From the NCBI GenBank assembly GCA_963205185.1, contig CAUJHZ010000018.1, positions 27,665 through 91,664 of the forward strand: a DNA stretch of 64,000 nucleotides, written 5' to 3'. This DNA is from Planctomycetota bacterium. Its GTDB lineage: Bacteria > Planctomycetota > Phycisphaerae > Phycisphaerales > UBA5793. The notes beneath the pieces were generated by a model. The model worked only from the letters and a program-made list of their open reading frames with translations. It was not told the origin of the DNA and made no database searches. This document shows positions 56,536 through 64,000 of the stretch, in pieces (position 1 is the stretch's first letter; the number at the start of each line of letters is the position of its first letter). Made by a program: the position numbers and the translations under genes.

Positions 56536-56735
56536 TACCCCGTACCCGGCGGCTCCAGTTGCACGAACTTCACTTTGAGCCCTTTGCCCCGGCTCGCCTT
56601 CTTGCTCTCGAGGTAGCGGTCCGCCTCGATCTGGTCGGCGAGGCTGTGCTGCTCGACACTGCCCGAGTCGCCCTGCGCTTTGGCGGGGCCTTGGGCGTTG
56701 GTGTTGATCGCCTGCTCGATGTCGGTCTCAGCCAT
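56535..56735 (-). CDS. small phage protein in the gpW position (head-tail joining candidate)
   Basis: 66 aa directly upstream of the portal, with a 1-nt overlap; 'SVEQHSLADQIEADRYLESKKA'. Confidence 0.45.
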   Translation of the reverse strand: MAETDIEQAINTNAQGPAKAQGDSGSVEQHSLADQIEADRYLESKKASRGKGLKVKFVQLEPPGTG

Positions 56736-57078
56736 CCCTTGTCCTCGTACATTTCAATGAGAACCGTCATGCGCTTGCGCCACCGCCGCTGCCGCTGGGC
56801 GTATGTGTTCACCGCCGTGGCGACGGGCCGCCCTTCCAGATGCGCCACCCACGCTTCCTGCACCGCATCTTCACGGTCAGGCGCAGGGACAAAGCGCAAC
56901 TCGATCACGAGTCGGCCGGGGTCATCCAGAGGTGGAATTACATGGTCCATCCGTCAGGTACGGACGGATGAAAGGCTCAGAGATTGCGGATGGGGAGGGA
57001 TGACGGGGAAGTCGTTACACGGGTAGAACTTGTCTCCCCGCTTCCGGAGAGACTGCGTTCAAAATGGGGCAGCCTGAC

Positions 57079-58050
57079 TCAATCCACCATGAGGAAGCTG
57101 TGGTATGGGTAGAGGAACGACTCATGACGCCATCGGTTCCCCTGAATCCGATCAGGGAACGTCGGAGCGTGCGCATACTGCCGCGAACTCAAGACAACGA
57201 TCGAAGGCACTTCAAACGCGGCTGCGACGTGCATGGCCCCGGTGTTCGTGCCAAGGAACAGATCAGCGATGGCGAAGACTGAAAAGAACTCCCGCGGAGC
57301 GAGATTCTCGAGGACGATGCAGTCATCAAGAATCCTGTCAGGCCGCCACGCGGACCGGTGGCTATCCGCGAGCCGAGTGAGCCCCTCAACAACCGCAATA
57401 TTCGTGACGGCGATCTGGATGACCGAAAAGTCCTTCGCCAATACCTTGACGTAGTCCTGCCAGCCGAGACTTCCACTCGGCACGATGCGGTTGTCGGATA
57501 GAGAACCGGCACACACGACGGCCACTGGGCGGTTGCGAGGCAGAATCGAGCGAAGTTGCCACGACCACTCGAGCTCTTCATCCGTGAGGTAGATTTCACC
57601 TCTGGGGAACGGGGAAATCGGGAGCCCGAATGCCCGTTCCAGCTTCTGAGCGATGTGTCCGGGACCATGGGCGCAATCATTCAATGCGACTCGATCTTCA
57701 TTTCGGAATCCCGCCAGATAGGGGTTTGCCCCAAGCACGGCGAGAGTGGCGCGATGGCGCACGCAAAAGACGTGGCACCCGTAGCGCTCCGTCAACCGTC
57801 GCACCAGACCTGACATGCAGACGACATCGCCCAAGTGAGATCGCCCGAGAAAGCCGAGCACGATGTCCCCACCGTCGAGTGTCGCCAAGCCGTCGAATCG
57901 CGGAATGGGAGTCTCCTCCTCCAGATCGGCATGCGCCCGCCAGAACTGCGCATCAGAAAGCCTGACCATTGCTCCCATCCCCGCGAAGACTTGCTCCACG
58001 CCGGCGATTGCCGCTTCAGTACAGGTCGACTGAACGCTTGATGCACTCAT
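57079..58050 (-). CDS. glycosyltransferase family 9 (heptosyltransferase-like)
   Basis: 'VAVVCAGSLSDNR', 'ADLFLGTNTGAMHVAAAFEVPSIVV'. Confidence 0.7.
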   Translation of the reverse strand: MSASSVQSTCTEAAIAGVEQVFAGMGAMVRLSDAQFWRAHADLEEETPIPRFDGLATLDGGDIVLGFLGRSHLGDVVCMSGLVRRLTERYGCHVFCVRHRATLAVLGANPYLAGFRNEDRVALNDCAHGPGHIAQKLERAFGLPISPFPRGEIYLTDEELEWSWQLRSILPRNRPVAVVCAGSLSDNRIVPSGSLGWQDYVKVLAKDFSVIQIAVTNIAVVEGLTRLADSHRSAWRPDRILDDCIVLENLAPREFFSVFAIADLFLGTNTGAMHVAAAFEVPSIVVLSSRQYAHAPTFPDRIQGNRWRHESFLYPYHSFLMVD

Positions 58051-59102
58051 CGGGTGGATTCCAATGCAGACTCGACTATGCCCAGCCTGCCCAATACCGC
58101 GCCAAGTTTGTCCGGACTGGAGAGTTCAGAGAACAGCAATTGTCTCGAAAGGCACATGGCGATGTACCGTGTCCGCGCTACCCTGTCCGGAACGTCGGCC
58201 CAAAGGCTACCGAGGCCATCAAGCCCGCTGACTTCAGTCAGCGCGCCGCTTCCCGAATACCAGCCTCGCCCCGTGGCGACCACCGGAGTCCCAAAGGCGA
58301 TCGCTCTGAAAAGCATGTTGCTGTTTACTCCCACCACCAGTGCAGCGTTGGCCAGGAGCCAATCACACACGCGCTCATTGTCCGCCCCAAACCTGCTTCG
58401 GAGAATGAGGTGACTGTGTCGGACATGGTCCGGCACACCAAGGTCCAGCGCAGCATCAAGCGGGTGTGTCTTGATCACCACGAAGCACCGGCCCCGCGCC
58501 AGCAAGAGCACGCGCCGGCACAGGCTGCCGAAATCATGCACATCTGAGTCGTACCGAACGACGGAGTCCCTCGGCCGCTGGAGAGGCACGAAGACGAATG
58601 GCATCCCTACATTCGCGGAAGCCTCCTTTCCGAGCGGACAAGGAGCAAGAGCCGCCTTCAGTGCGGCTGTTTCAATGAGTCGTTCCGCCGCGGCAACGAA
58701 CTGCCCATCCAACGGCGGGTTCTCACCCGACTGCCACATCGCGGGCCAGCTCGACGAAGCGTTCTCCCCGTCAGTATCGAAGACGACCGTCTCGTAGTGC
58801 GGGACAAAACCGAAGTCGGCGAAGACCGTGCGGATCCCTGCTGTTCCGATGGCCTCCACAATCTCGCTTTGCATCGGATAAAATCGCTGCCAGGTGAGTA
58901 GGACATCGAAATCACCGCTCACGATGGCGCCGAGCAGTGCAGGCCGCCGGTTCATATCATTGCGAGGAATGTTCGTAACCTGATGACCGAGACGGCGCAA
59001 GCCCTCTGCGACTCCATCGAAGATGTGTCGCTTGTTCGATCCCCAATCCGCCAGAAGCCATCTCATGCGGTCATTACTCCTCATGCGCGGTTGCTTGATC
59101 AA
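58047..59102 (-). CDS. capsule polysaccharide biosynthesis-like protein (KpsS/KpsC-type candidate)
   Basis: 'FVFVPLQRPRDSVV' and general layout; ATGA overlaps on both sides. Confidence 0.45.
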   Translation of the reverse strand: MIKQPRMRSNDRMRWLLADWGSNKRHIFDGVAEGLRRLGHQVTNIPRNDMNRRPALLGAIVSGDFDVLLTWQRFYPMQSEIVEAIGTAGIRTVFADFGFVPHYETVVFDTDGENASSSWPAMWQSGENPPLDGQFVAAAERLIETAALKAALAPCPLGKEASANVGMPFVFVPLQRPRDSVVRYDSDVHDFGSLCRRVLLLARGRCFVVIKTHPLDAALDLGVPDHVRHSHLILRSRFGADNERVCDWLLANAALVVGVNSNMLFRAIAFGTPVVATGRGWYSGSGALTEVSGLDGLGSLWADVPDRVARTRYIAMCLSRQLLFSELSSPDKLGAVLGRLGIVESALESTR

Positions 59103-59719
59103 CTCAACTTGCGCACCACGGCCTCTATCGAATACTCCCCGTCGGAGTGTCGCTCGGGATCAGTGATCGTGTGTCCTTCGTCACAAGTCCGGATATAGAG
59201 CAGTCGGCCGCCGGGTGTCGTCTCGCCGAGCAGCCTCGCTAGGCTCAGCGTGTGCGGCGGATCGTCACGATCAGGAAGGAGAAAGAACTTATGGTCGCTA
59301 TTGAACCGGCTCGGCAAAACTCGACGTTTCTCGTACAAATCCCTGTGGGGTACAAACAAGATCAGGTTGCCTGAGGGACGCAGGAGCTGCCACCACCGAC
59401 GCAGGGCCGCGCAAGGATCGCTCAGATGCTCCAGAAGGTGAGACGAATACAGCCAGTTGTATCGATGAGGCTCCACTCCTTCCATCAGAGTCGCGTCACC
59501 ATGTCCCAGAACTCGGTCCCATCGAGCACAATCCTCTGTTATCGGATCCCCTCCACAACCGATGTCGAGTCCTTCGCCAATGAGGAGCTCCTGAAATCGC
59601 GCATCTCGCAGTCTCCGCCCCGCAGCCTTCTTCGTCTCCACTTCACATCCCTTCGCCCGAAAGTGCAGCGTCCATCTGCATGCGAGCACGCAAAGCAGCG
59701 CTTGACCATCGCCACTCAC
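59099..59719 (-). CDS. class I SAM-dependent methyltransferase
   Basis: Motif I 'GLDIGCGGDP'; 'YSSHLLEHL'. Confidence 0.65.
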   Translation of the reverse strand: MSGDGQALLCVLACRWTLHFRAKGCEVETKKAAGRRLRDARFQELLIGEGLDIGCGGDPITEDCARWDRVLGHGDATLMEGVEPHRYNWLYSSHLLEHLSDPCAALRRWWQLLRPSGNLILFVPHRDLYEKRRVLPSRFNSDHKFFLLPDRDDPPHTLSLARLLGETTPGGRLLYIRTCDEGHTITDPERHSDGEYSIEAVVRKLS

Positions 59720-59731
59720 GCTGGCAGCTGA

Positions 59732-60769
59732 CTATGGTTTGGCCATCTCGTCCCGTCGAATGCGCACTGGTGCGACTGCTGAACAACGATCCTGCACAGG
59801 CACATCAGCAAGCCCGAACTCAGTTAGCGATCCCGCTACCCGCGAGACGATGCTACGCGTTGTATCGTCGATCAGCACCCAAGCATCACCTTTCATATCT
59901 ATAGATAGCGTTCGAAGATCGCTGACGCGCGACTTTCGGCAGTTTATTAGGTCAATCAACCAACTTCCTTCGCCCGGTGATGTCGCCAAGCAATACTTGC
60001 CTCGCGCGTCCAGCATGTAGACCGCAGGAGGAACACCGCCAATAGCCGTCTGCCACAAATCGACTTTGCCATGTTCACTCGAAATACACCAGCCCTCATG
60101 TTGATCCGATATCAAGCCACGAAGCTCAATTCCGCACCATGAGCGCAAGACGGCGGCGGACATTGGAAATTTGTCGCCCTGCGCATATTCCTTTCCTGCG
60201 AGCGTCACGAATACGCCAACCTCCGTCCCGAGTATTGCAGTCGGGTTGTTTGAGACGCCTATCTTCGACCGAACCGCAACAATCACACCTTCTTCTTCAC
60301 ACCAAGTAATCGCTCGATAGGTCATGTTGAATGAACGGCCCATGTATGTCAGCGGCCGAATATCGCCGGTCGAGATATCAACGAGGAGGACATTGCCCGT
60401 GGCCCCGTCGGGGGGTCCACCAGTGGAGCAGATCGCATTCAGCACAACTTGGCGATCAGAGACCATCGCTATCAGTTCAGGTGACTCACACTGTAGTTGC
60501 GACATCTGAGAGGGGCCAAAATGCCAAACTACGGGGTTAGCCACAGCAGCGGGGCTGGAGTAAGTGAGCCATCCGTCATAGCATGACTGCCCGGTGCCAT
60601 TGAACATCCCGACAACCGCCCCGTCGTGTCCTACTATCACGCGAGTAATCGCTGCGTCAAGCTGGTCTGGTACTCGCTGGGTGAGGCCAATCTCCGGAGG
60701 AGAAAGTGAGCATGTCAGCAGTAGGACTTCAGGAAGTACGAATGTCTTCAGCACAGCGGACATGAGCAT
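59732..60769 (-). CDS. hypothetical exported/lipoprotein candidate
   Basis: ATG at 60769 preceded by AGGAG; N-terminus 'MLMSAVLKTFVLPEVLLLTCS'. Confidence 0.45.
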   Translation of the reverse strand: MLMSAVLKTFVLPEVLLLTCSLSPPEIGLTQRVPDQLDAAITRVIVGHDGAVVGMFNGTGQSCYDGWLTYSSPAAVANPVVWHFGPSQMSQLQCESPELIAMVSDRQVVLNAICSTGGPPDGATGNVLLVDISTGDIRPLTYMGRSFNMTYRAITWCEEEGVIVAVRSKIGVSNNPTAILGTEVGVFVTLAGKEYAQGDKFPMSAAVLRSWCGIELRGLISDQHEGWCISSEHGKVDLWQTAIGGVPPAVYMLDARGKYCLATSPGEGSWLIDLINCRKSRVSDLRTLSIDMKGDAWVLIDDTTRSIVSRVAGSLTEFGLADVPVQDRCSAVAPVRIRRDEMAKP

Positions 60770-60818
60770 ACCTGTCTCTCCTAAAAGGGCGACCGCAATA
60801 TGACATCTGTGTGAGCAG

Positions 60819-62801
60819 TCACAGATAGCCACCGGACGGCGCATCCGAATCGTAGAATGTGCGAGCTTCAGTCGCTCGAGTCACGCCATCCTGCGTCATA
60901 TAGGGGTGGCCGGAAGGACCGTTTGCGGTGGATGCGTGCCATTCGTTGGGCGTCGGTGCCGTGAGCAAGCCACCTTCGAGCACAGGCTGCGACACCGAGT
61001 TGCCGAACACATCTCCTGGGAAACGATGCGCGCAGGAGAACAGCTCAAAGCAATCTCGTTGACTACCTTGACCGTTTGCGCGGCCACTTCCTGCGTCGAC
61101 TCTAAAGTCGTCCACGCTGTCGTATTGCGTGCCTCCGCCAGGTGCCATTATCAATCGGCCATAGTAAGCGTAACTGCTTCTGATGAGATTGATAAGCGAG
61201 GCATATGGATCTGCTCGCCAGTCGCCTTGATCGAGAGTTGCAAGGAATGCCGAGAGGTCGGCGAGTGTCTGGAGCGCGATGATTTTGTCCTTCCACGCGG
61301 TAACGCGGCCGGGATCATAAATAGGTATATTGGGCGCGTTCGTCCCACCGGCGAATACACTTCCAGCGGAACGGGCGTCATTGAATTGCATCAGCCCAGC
61401 GCTTGTCTCGTTCGTCGCACCGGCAAGAGCGACGACGCTACCGATACCGTTGTAGCCAGATTCGAGCGGCGCGAGGAATGCCATTAGCCCCTTCCAAAGG
61501 GAGAGCGGTACGATTGGAGGAAGTGGTGTGAACGTAAACGCAGGAAAACTAGAGTTGCCGGACTCGTACTGGAATGCAGCATCAATGAGAACCGCGACCT
61601 GAGCATCATTCACGCCTGTTGGAAGAACTGTGAGAGAGCCATCTTGGCGTGTCCAGTTGTTCCACGCGGCAAGAGCTTGATCGCGGTCAGCTGCGCTCAA
61701 AAGCGCCGCGATGCGATTTTCCTGGTCTTGAGTCCTCGGACCAGTGAGTAAGTCCATGTCAATCAGCTTTCCGCGCGCAGTGCCGGCCGCTGGTCTATTC
61801 ACCAAGTCGATCAGATTCGACATCACTCCACGGTACACTGTGAGCGCGTGTTTGATAACGGTAGGCTGACCGCCTTGACTGACAGTGATATCCCGAAGCC
61901 CCGGGGTGGCCGTCGCGTCCGCGCTGAGCAGCATCGAGACATGGCCGTTTGGAAGGATCGTGATGGATGCGGCGGTGAGATCTGGCCCCGGATCCACCTG
62001 CAATCCGGATCCTGGCTGAATTCCAGTAATCTGCACGACCCATTGGTAGTCACTCTGGCCGGGAACAATAAGGGAAGGTGTGGCATCCACAATTGACGCG
62101 ACCTTCAGCTGGCGTGATTCTCCAGTCTTCGTTTCGGTCACGGTAATAGTCGCACTTTGATTGGCAAGTATGACAATATCAGCTACCGATTCTTTAGCGG
62201 CAGACAGGCGATGAGTCGCTCCGGACCACTGGAACGCGGGAGCACCGACATTGGTATTGGTCAACCGAGCCCGCAAAGGGATAAATGTTCCTGCGGAGGG
62301 ACGGACGGAAACGAGTAGTGTGGGTGGTGTTGTGGCGTGGACAATCCGCGGCGACGATTCGACATTCTCCCACGGAGCGCTGCTAATGTCGGAAAGGTCC
62401 GTGGGAGGAGTTGGCTGGTCCTCCACGGGAAGAAGTTGGGCGACTTCAAGAACCAGCTCACCGTATGGTGAGGATGTGGGACTCGGAGTCGGTGTTGGCG
62501 TGGGGCTTGGGCTTGGCGAAGGCGAGGGTGACGGGCTCGGAGATGGTGACGGCGATGGGCTAGGTGAAGGCGAATCGGACAGCGAGGGCGACTCCGAAGG
62601 CGATCCGGGAGGCGATGCCGAGGCGGACGATGACGGTGTAGGGCTAATCTCGTCTGATGCGCTCGGCGACGTACTGATCTCATCTGAGGGTATCGGGCTG
62701 GACGAAGGGGAGGATGCCTGCGATGGCCATTCCGAGGCACCCTCCGGTGACCCGGACTCCCCGTTGGCGGCGATCCGGTTGAGGAATCCCCATCGTGGCA
62801 T
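60819..62801 (-). CDS. hypothetical protein with long Ser/Pro/Thr-rich linker
   Basis: 'SPSPSPSPSPSPSPSPSPSPTPTPTPSP' run. ATG at 62801 (TTG at 62834 also possible). The large C-terminal region is unassigned. Confidence 0.5.
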   Translation of the reverse strand: MPRWGFLNRIAANGESGSPEGASEWPSQASSPSSSPIPSDEISTSPSASDEISPTPSSSASASPPGSPSESPSLSDSPSPSPSPSPSPSPSPSPSPSPSPTPTPTPSPTSSPYGELVLEVAQLLPVEDQPTPPTDLSDISSAPWENVESSPRIVHATTPPTLLVSVRPSAGTFIPLRARLTNTNVGAPAFQWSGATHRLSAAKESVADIVILANQSATITVTETKTGESRQLKVASIVDATPSLIVPGQSDYQWVVQITGIQPGSGLQVDPGPDLTAASITILPNGHVSMLLSADATATPGLRDITVSQGGQPTVIKHALTVYRGVMSNLIDLVNRPAAGTARGKLIDMDLLTGPRTQDQENRIAALLSAADRDQALAAWNNWTRQDGSLTVLPTGVNDAQVAVLIDAAFQYESGNSSFPAFTFTPLPPIVPLSLWKGLMAFLAPLESGYNGIGSVVALAGATNETSAGLMQFNDARSAGSVFAGGTNAPNIPIYDPGRVTAWKDKIIALQTLADLSAFLATLDQGDWRADPYASLINLIRSSYAYYGRLIMAPGGGTQYDSVDDFRVDAGSGRANGQGSQRDCFELFSCAHRFPGDVFGNSVSQPVLEGGLLTAPTPNEWHASTANGPSGHPYMTQDGVTRATEARTFYDSDAPSGGYL

Positions 62802-62922
62802 ACCGTCGCTCCCTCGTTGGGGCCGACTGCACAAAGCCGCCAGCTCCGCCGCCTAGGGTCATTGCCCGAGTGTAGGATAACGCCGATCGAGCACTGAGGC
62901 AACTGAACCGCGAGGCTCATTC

Positions 62923-63843
62923 ATGAAACGATATCTCGTGACTGGCGGAGCGGGCTTCATCGGATCGAACCTCGCCGCCGAGATCATCCGACGGGGGGAC
63001 GGCGTCGTCATCGTCGACGACTTCCGAACCGGCTCCTGGGAGAACATCGTCGAAGCGTGCCACCGCCGAGGCGTCGAGCTTCGGGGTCGCGTCCTGCCGC
63101 TCGATTATCGAAGAGTCGATCCAGACGCCGTAGCGAGCGTCGACGGGGTCTTCCATCTAGCCGCGATCACAGATACGCTCGTGAATGACGATCAATTGGT
63201 GCTCGATCTGAACGCTCATAGCGCCGCAGCACTCATGGCCGAGTGCGCCCGCAGCGGCATTCCTATGGTCTATGCATCGAGCGCGGCGGTGTACGGCCTG
63301 CGGGAACGCGGCGAGAAGTTGTGTGTCGGTGACTCACTTCGACCACTGAACCTCTACGGATTCAGCAAGATCGCGCTCGAAGCGTTGCATGCGGAGTTGG
63401 GGAGCGAGAAGCAGATCGTCGGGCTTCGCTACTTCAATGTCTTCGGCCACGGCGAGGCGCATAAAGGACGAATGGCTTCGATGGTCCGACAGTTGGCCAC
63501 CGGGGCGCGCAGCGGCACGGTCGAACTGTTCTCTCCGGGCGATCAGGCGAGGGACTGGATAGCCGTTGACGCTGTGGTGAGCGCGACACTGATGGCGCTG
63601 GAGACCGAACCCGGAACCTACAACGTTGGCTCGGGGCACGCGGTTTCTTTCAGGGATGTCGTCGATCTCGTCAGCGAGGGGCGGGCCACCAAGATTGTTT
63701 GGAAGCCGATTCCGGATGAGATCATTCGGAGATACCAGGCGTTCACTCTCGCCGGACCTCCGTTCGTGCCTGGCTGGACAGCGCCAGGCAAGGCGACCGA
63801 ACAGGCAATTCGCGAGTATGCCCGAGAACTGATGCGGATTTGA
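62923..63843 (+). CDS. NAD-dependent sugar epimerase (ADP-glycero-manno-heptose 6-epimerase-like)
   Basis: 'LVTGGAGFIGSNL', 'YASSAAVYG', 'YGFSK' (YxxxK). Divergent from the GT9-containing operon. Confidence 0.8.
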   Translation: MKRYLVTGGAGFIGSNLAAEIIRRGDGVVIVDDFRTGSWENIVEACHRRGVELRGRVLPLDYRRVDPDAVASVDGVFHLAAITDTLVNDDQLVLDLNAHSAAALMAECARSGIPMVYASSAAVYGLRERGEKLCVGDSLRPLNLYGFSKIALEALHAELGSEKQIVGLRYFNVFGHGEAHKGRMASMVRQLATGARSGTVELFSPGDQARDWIAVDAVVSATLMALETEPGTYNVGSGHAVSFRDVVDLVSEGRATKIVWKPIPDEIIRRYQAFTLAGPPFVPGWTAPGKATEQAIREYARELMRI

Positions 63844-63861
63844 TTGAGCGAAGCGTCGGGT

Positions 63862-64000
63862 TCAAGCCCCCATCCGCTCCGTCGTCGTCACCCGCCTCCC
63901 GCAGTGGCGGCACTCCCGCCGCCTTCGGATCGCACCGCCGGGGATACGTCGGGTGTAGACGACCTCGAAATGCCCACACCCGCACCTCGGACATCGAATC
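63862..64000 (-). CDS. NrdR-like zinc-ribbon protein, 5' end outside window
   Basis: Own translation of the minus strand: '..RCPRCGCGHFEVVYTRRIPGGAIRRRRECRHCGRRVTTTERMGA*'. The stop follows the ribbon, so there is no ATP-cone. Confidence 0.35.
   Translation of the reverse strand, partial: IRCPRCGCGHFEVVYTRRIPGGAIRRRRECRHCGRRVTTTERMGA

Larger units (their letters stand above)
44491..56735 (-). mobile_element. siphovirus-like head-tail morphogenesis module lacking adjacent terminase and lysis genes
   Basis: Lambda-like order: gpW-position ORF, portal, protease-capsid, DUF2190-like, connectors, major tail, chaperones, tape measure, tip proteins. All on the minus strand. Confidence 0.7.

Noticed and set aside
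56570-56950. 126-aa minus-strand ORF upstream of the portal (candidate small terminase or sigma fragment)
   Set aside because: Its 3' half overlaps the whole gpW-position ORF in another frame and is R/S/T-rich. Only the first ~70 codons could be real, and no motif is convincing.
62476-62585. Apparent tandem repeat DNA
   Set aside because: It encodes the (Ser/Thr-Pro)n linker of the 60819-62801 protein with varied codons. It is not a spacer-containing or noncoding repeat array.
1-64000. Search by eye for CRISPR arrays, rRNA, tRNA, reverse transcriptases/retrons and integron attC sites
   Set aside because: No regularly spaced repeat-spacer array, no rRNA- or tRNA-like sequence and no RT motifs were found. 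The GTTAAC-containing 21-mers at 29.4-29.6 kb do not fit the attC GTTRRRY core.

Overview
High-GC (roughly 60-65% by eye) bacterial window, possibly Planctomycetota-like; that guess rests only on HAF-repeat secreted proteins and membrane proteins ending in CxxCGY..CPECG. No rRNA, tRNA or CRISPR array was seen. The window has five blocks. (1) 1-15.8 kb is a temperate-phage-like early region with a ParB-nuclease/DNA-methyltransferase fusion, prim-pol/helicase, SF2 helicase, RusA, a Sak4-like ATPase, a sigma factor and a Cro/Xis-like versus XRE-S24 repressor switch. An iteron/inverted-repeat origin-like locus lies at 6.47-6.70 kb. (2) 15.9-29.1 kb is an accessory/defence island. It carries Vsr, a GHKL-ATPase fused to a PD-(D/E)xK nuclease, a C5-methyltransferase and a 4-gene large-serine-recombinase cassette. 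It also carries an operon of MBL-fold protein, a fused E2-E1-JAB enzyme and a 4-TM protein, with no Ubl or cyclase gene, divergent from an XRE/ImmA-type regulator pair, followed by a HepT/MNT toxin-antitoxin. (3) 29.1-43.6 kb holds a repeat-rich noncoding stretch, an orphan copy of the recombinase-cassette leader ORF, two secreted HAF-repeat proteins, zinc-ribbon membrane proteins and a 2067-aa Rhs protein with a Cys-rich HExxH C-terminal domain. (4) 44.5-56.7 kb is a siphovirus-like head-tail module from portal to tail tip, with no adjacent terminase or lysis genes. (5) 57.1-63.8 kb is a heptosyltransferase / capsule-like / methyltransferase / epimerase cluster. The best candidate for an uncharacterised system is the Ubl-less E2-E1-JAB + MBL + membrane-protein operon at 22.7-26.8 kb. 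All functional calls come from motifs read in the supplied translations; no database search was possible.
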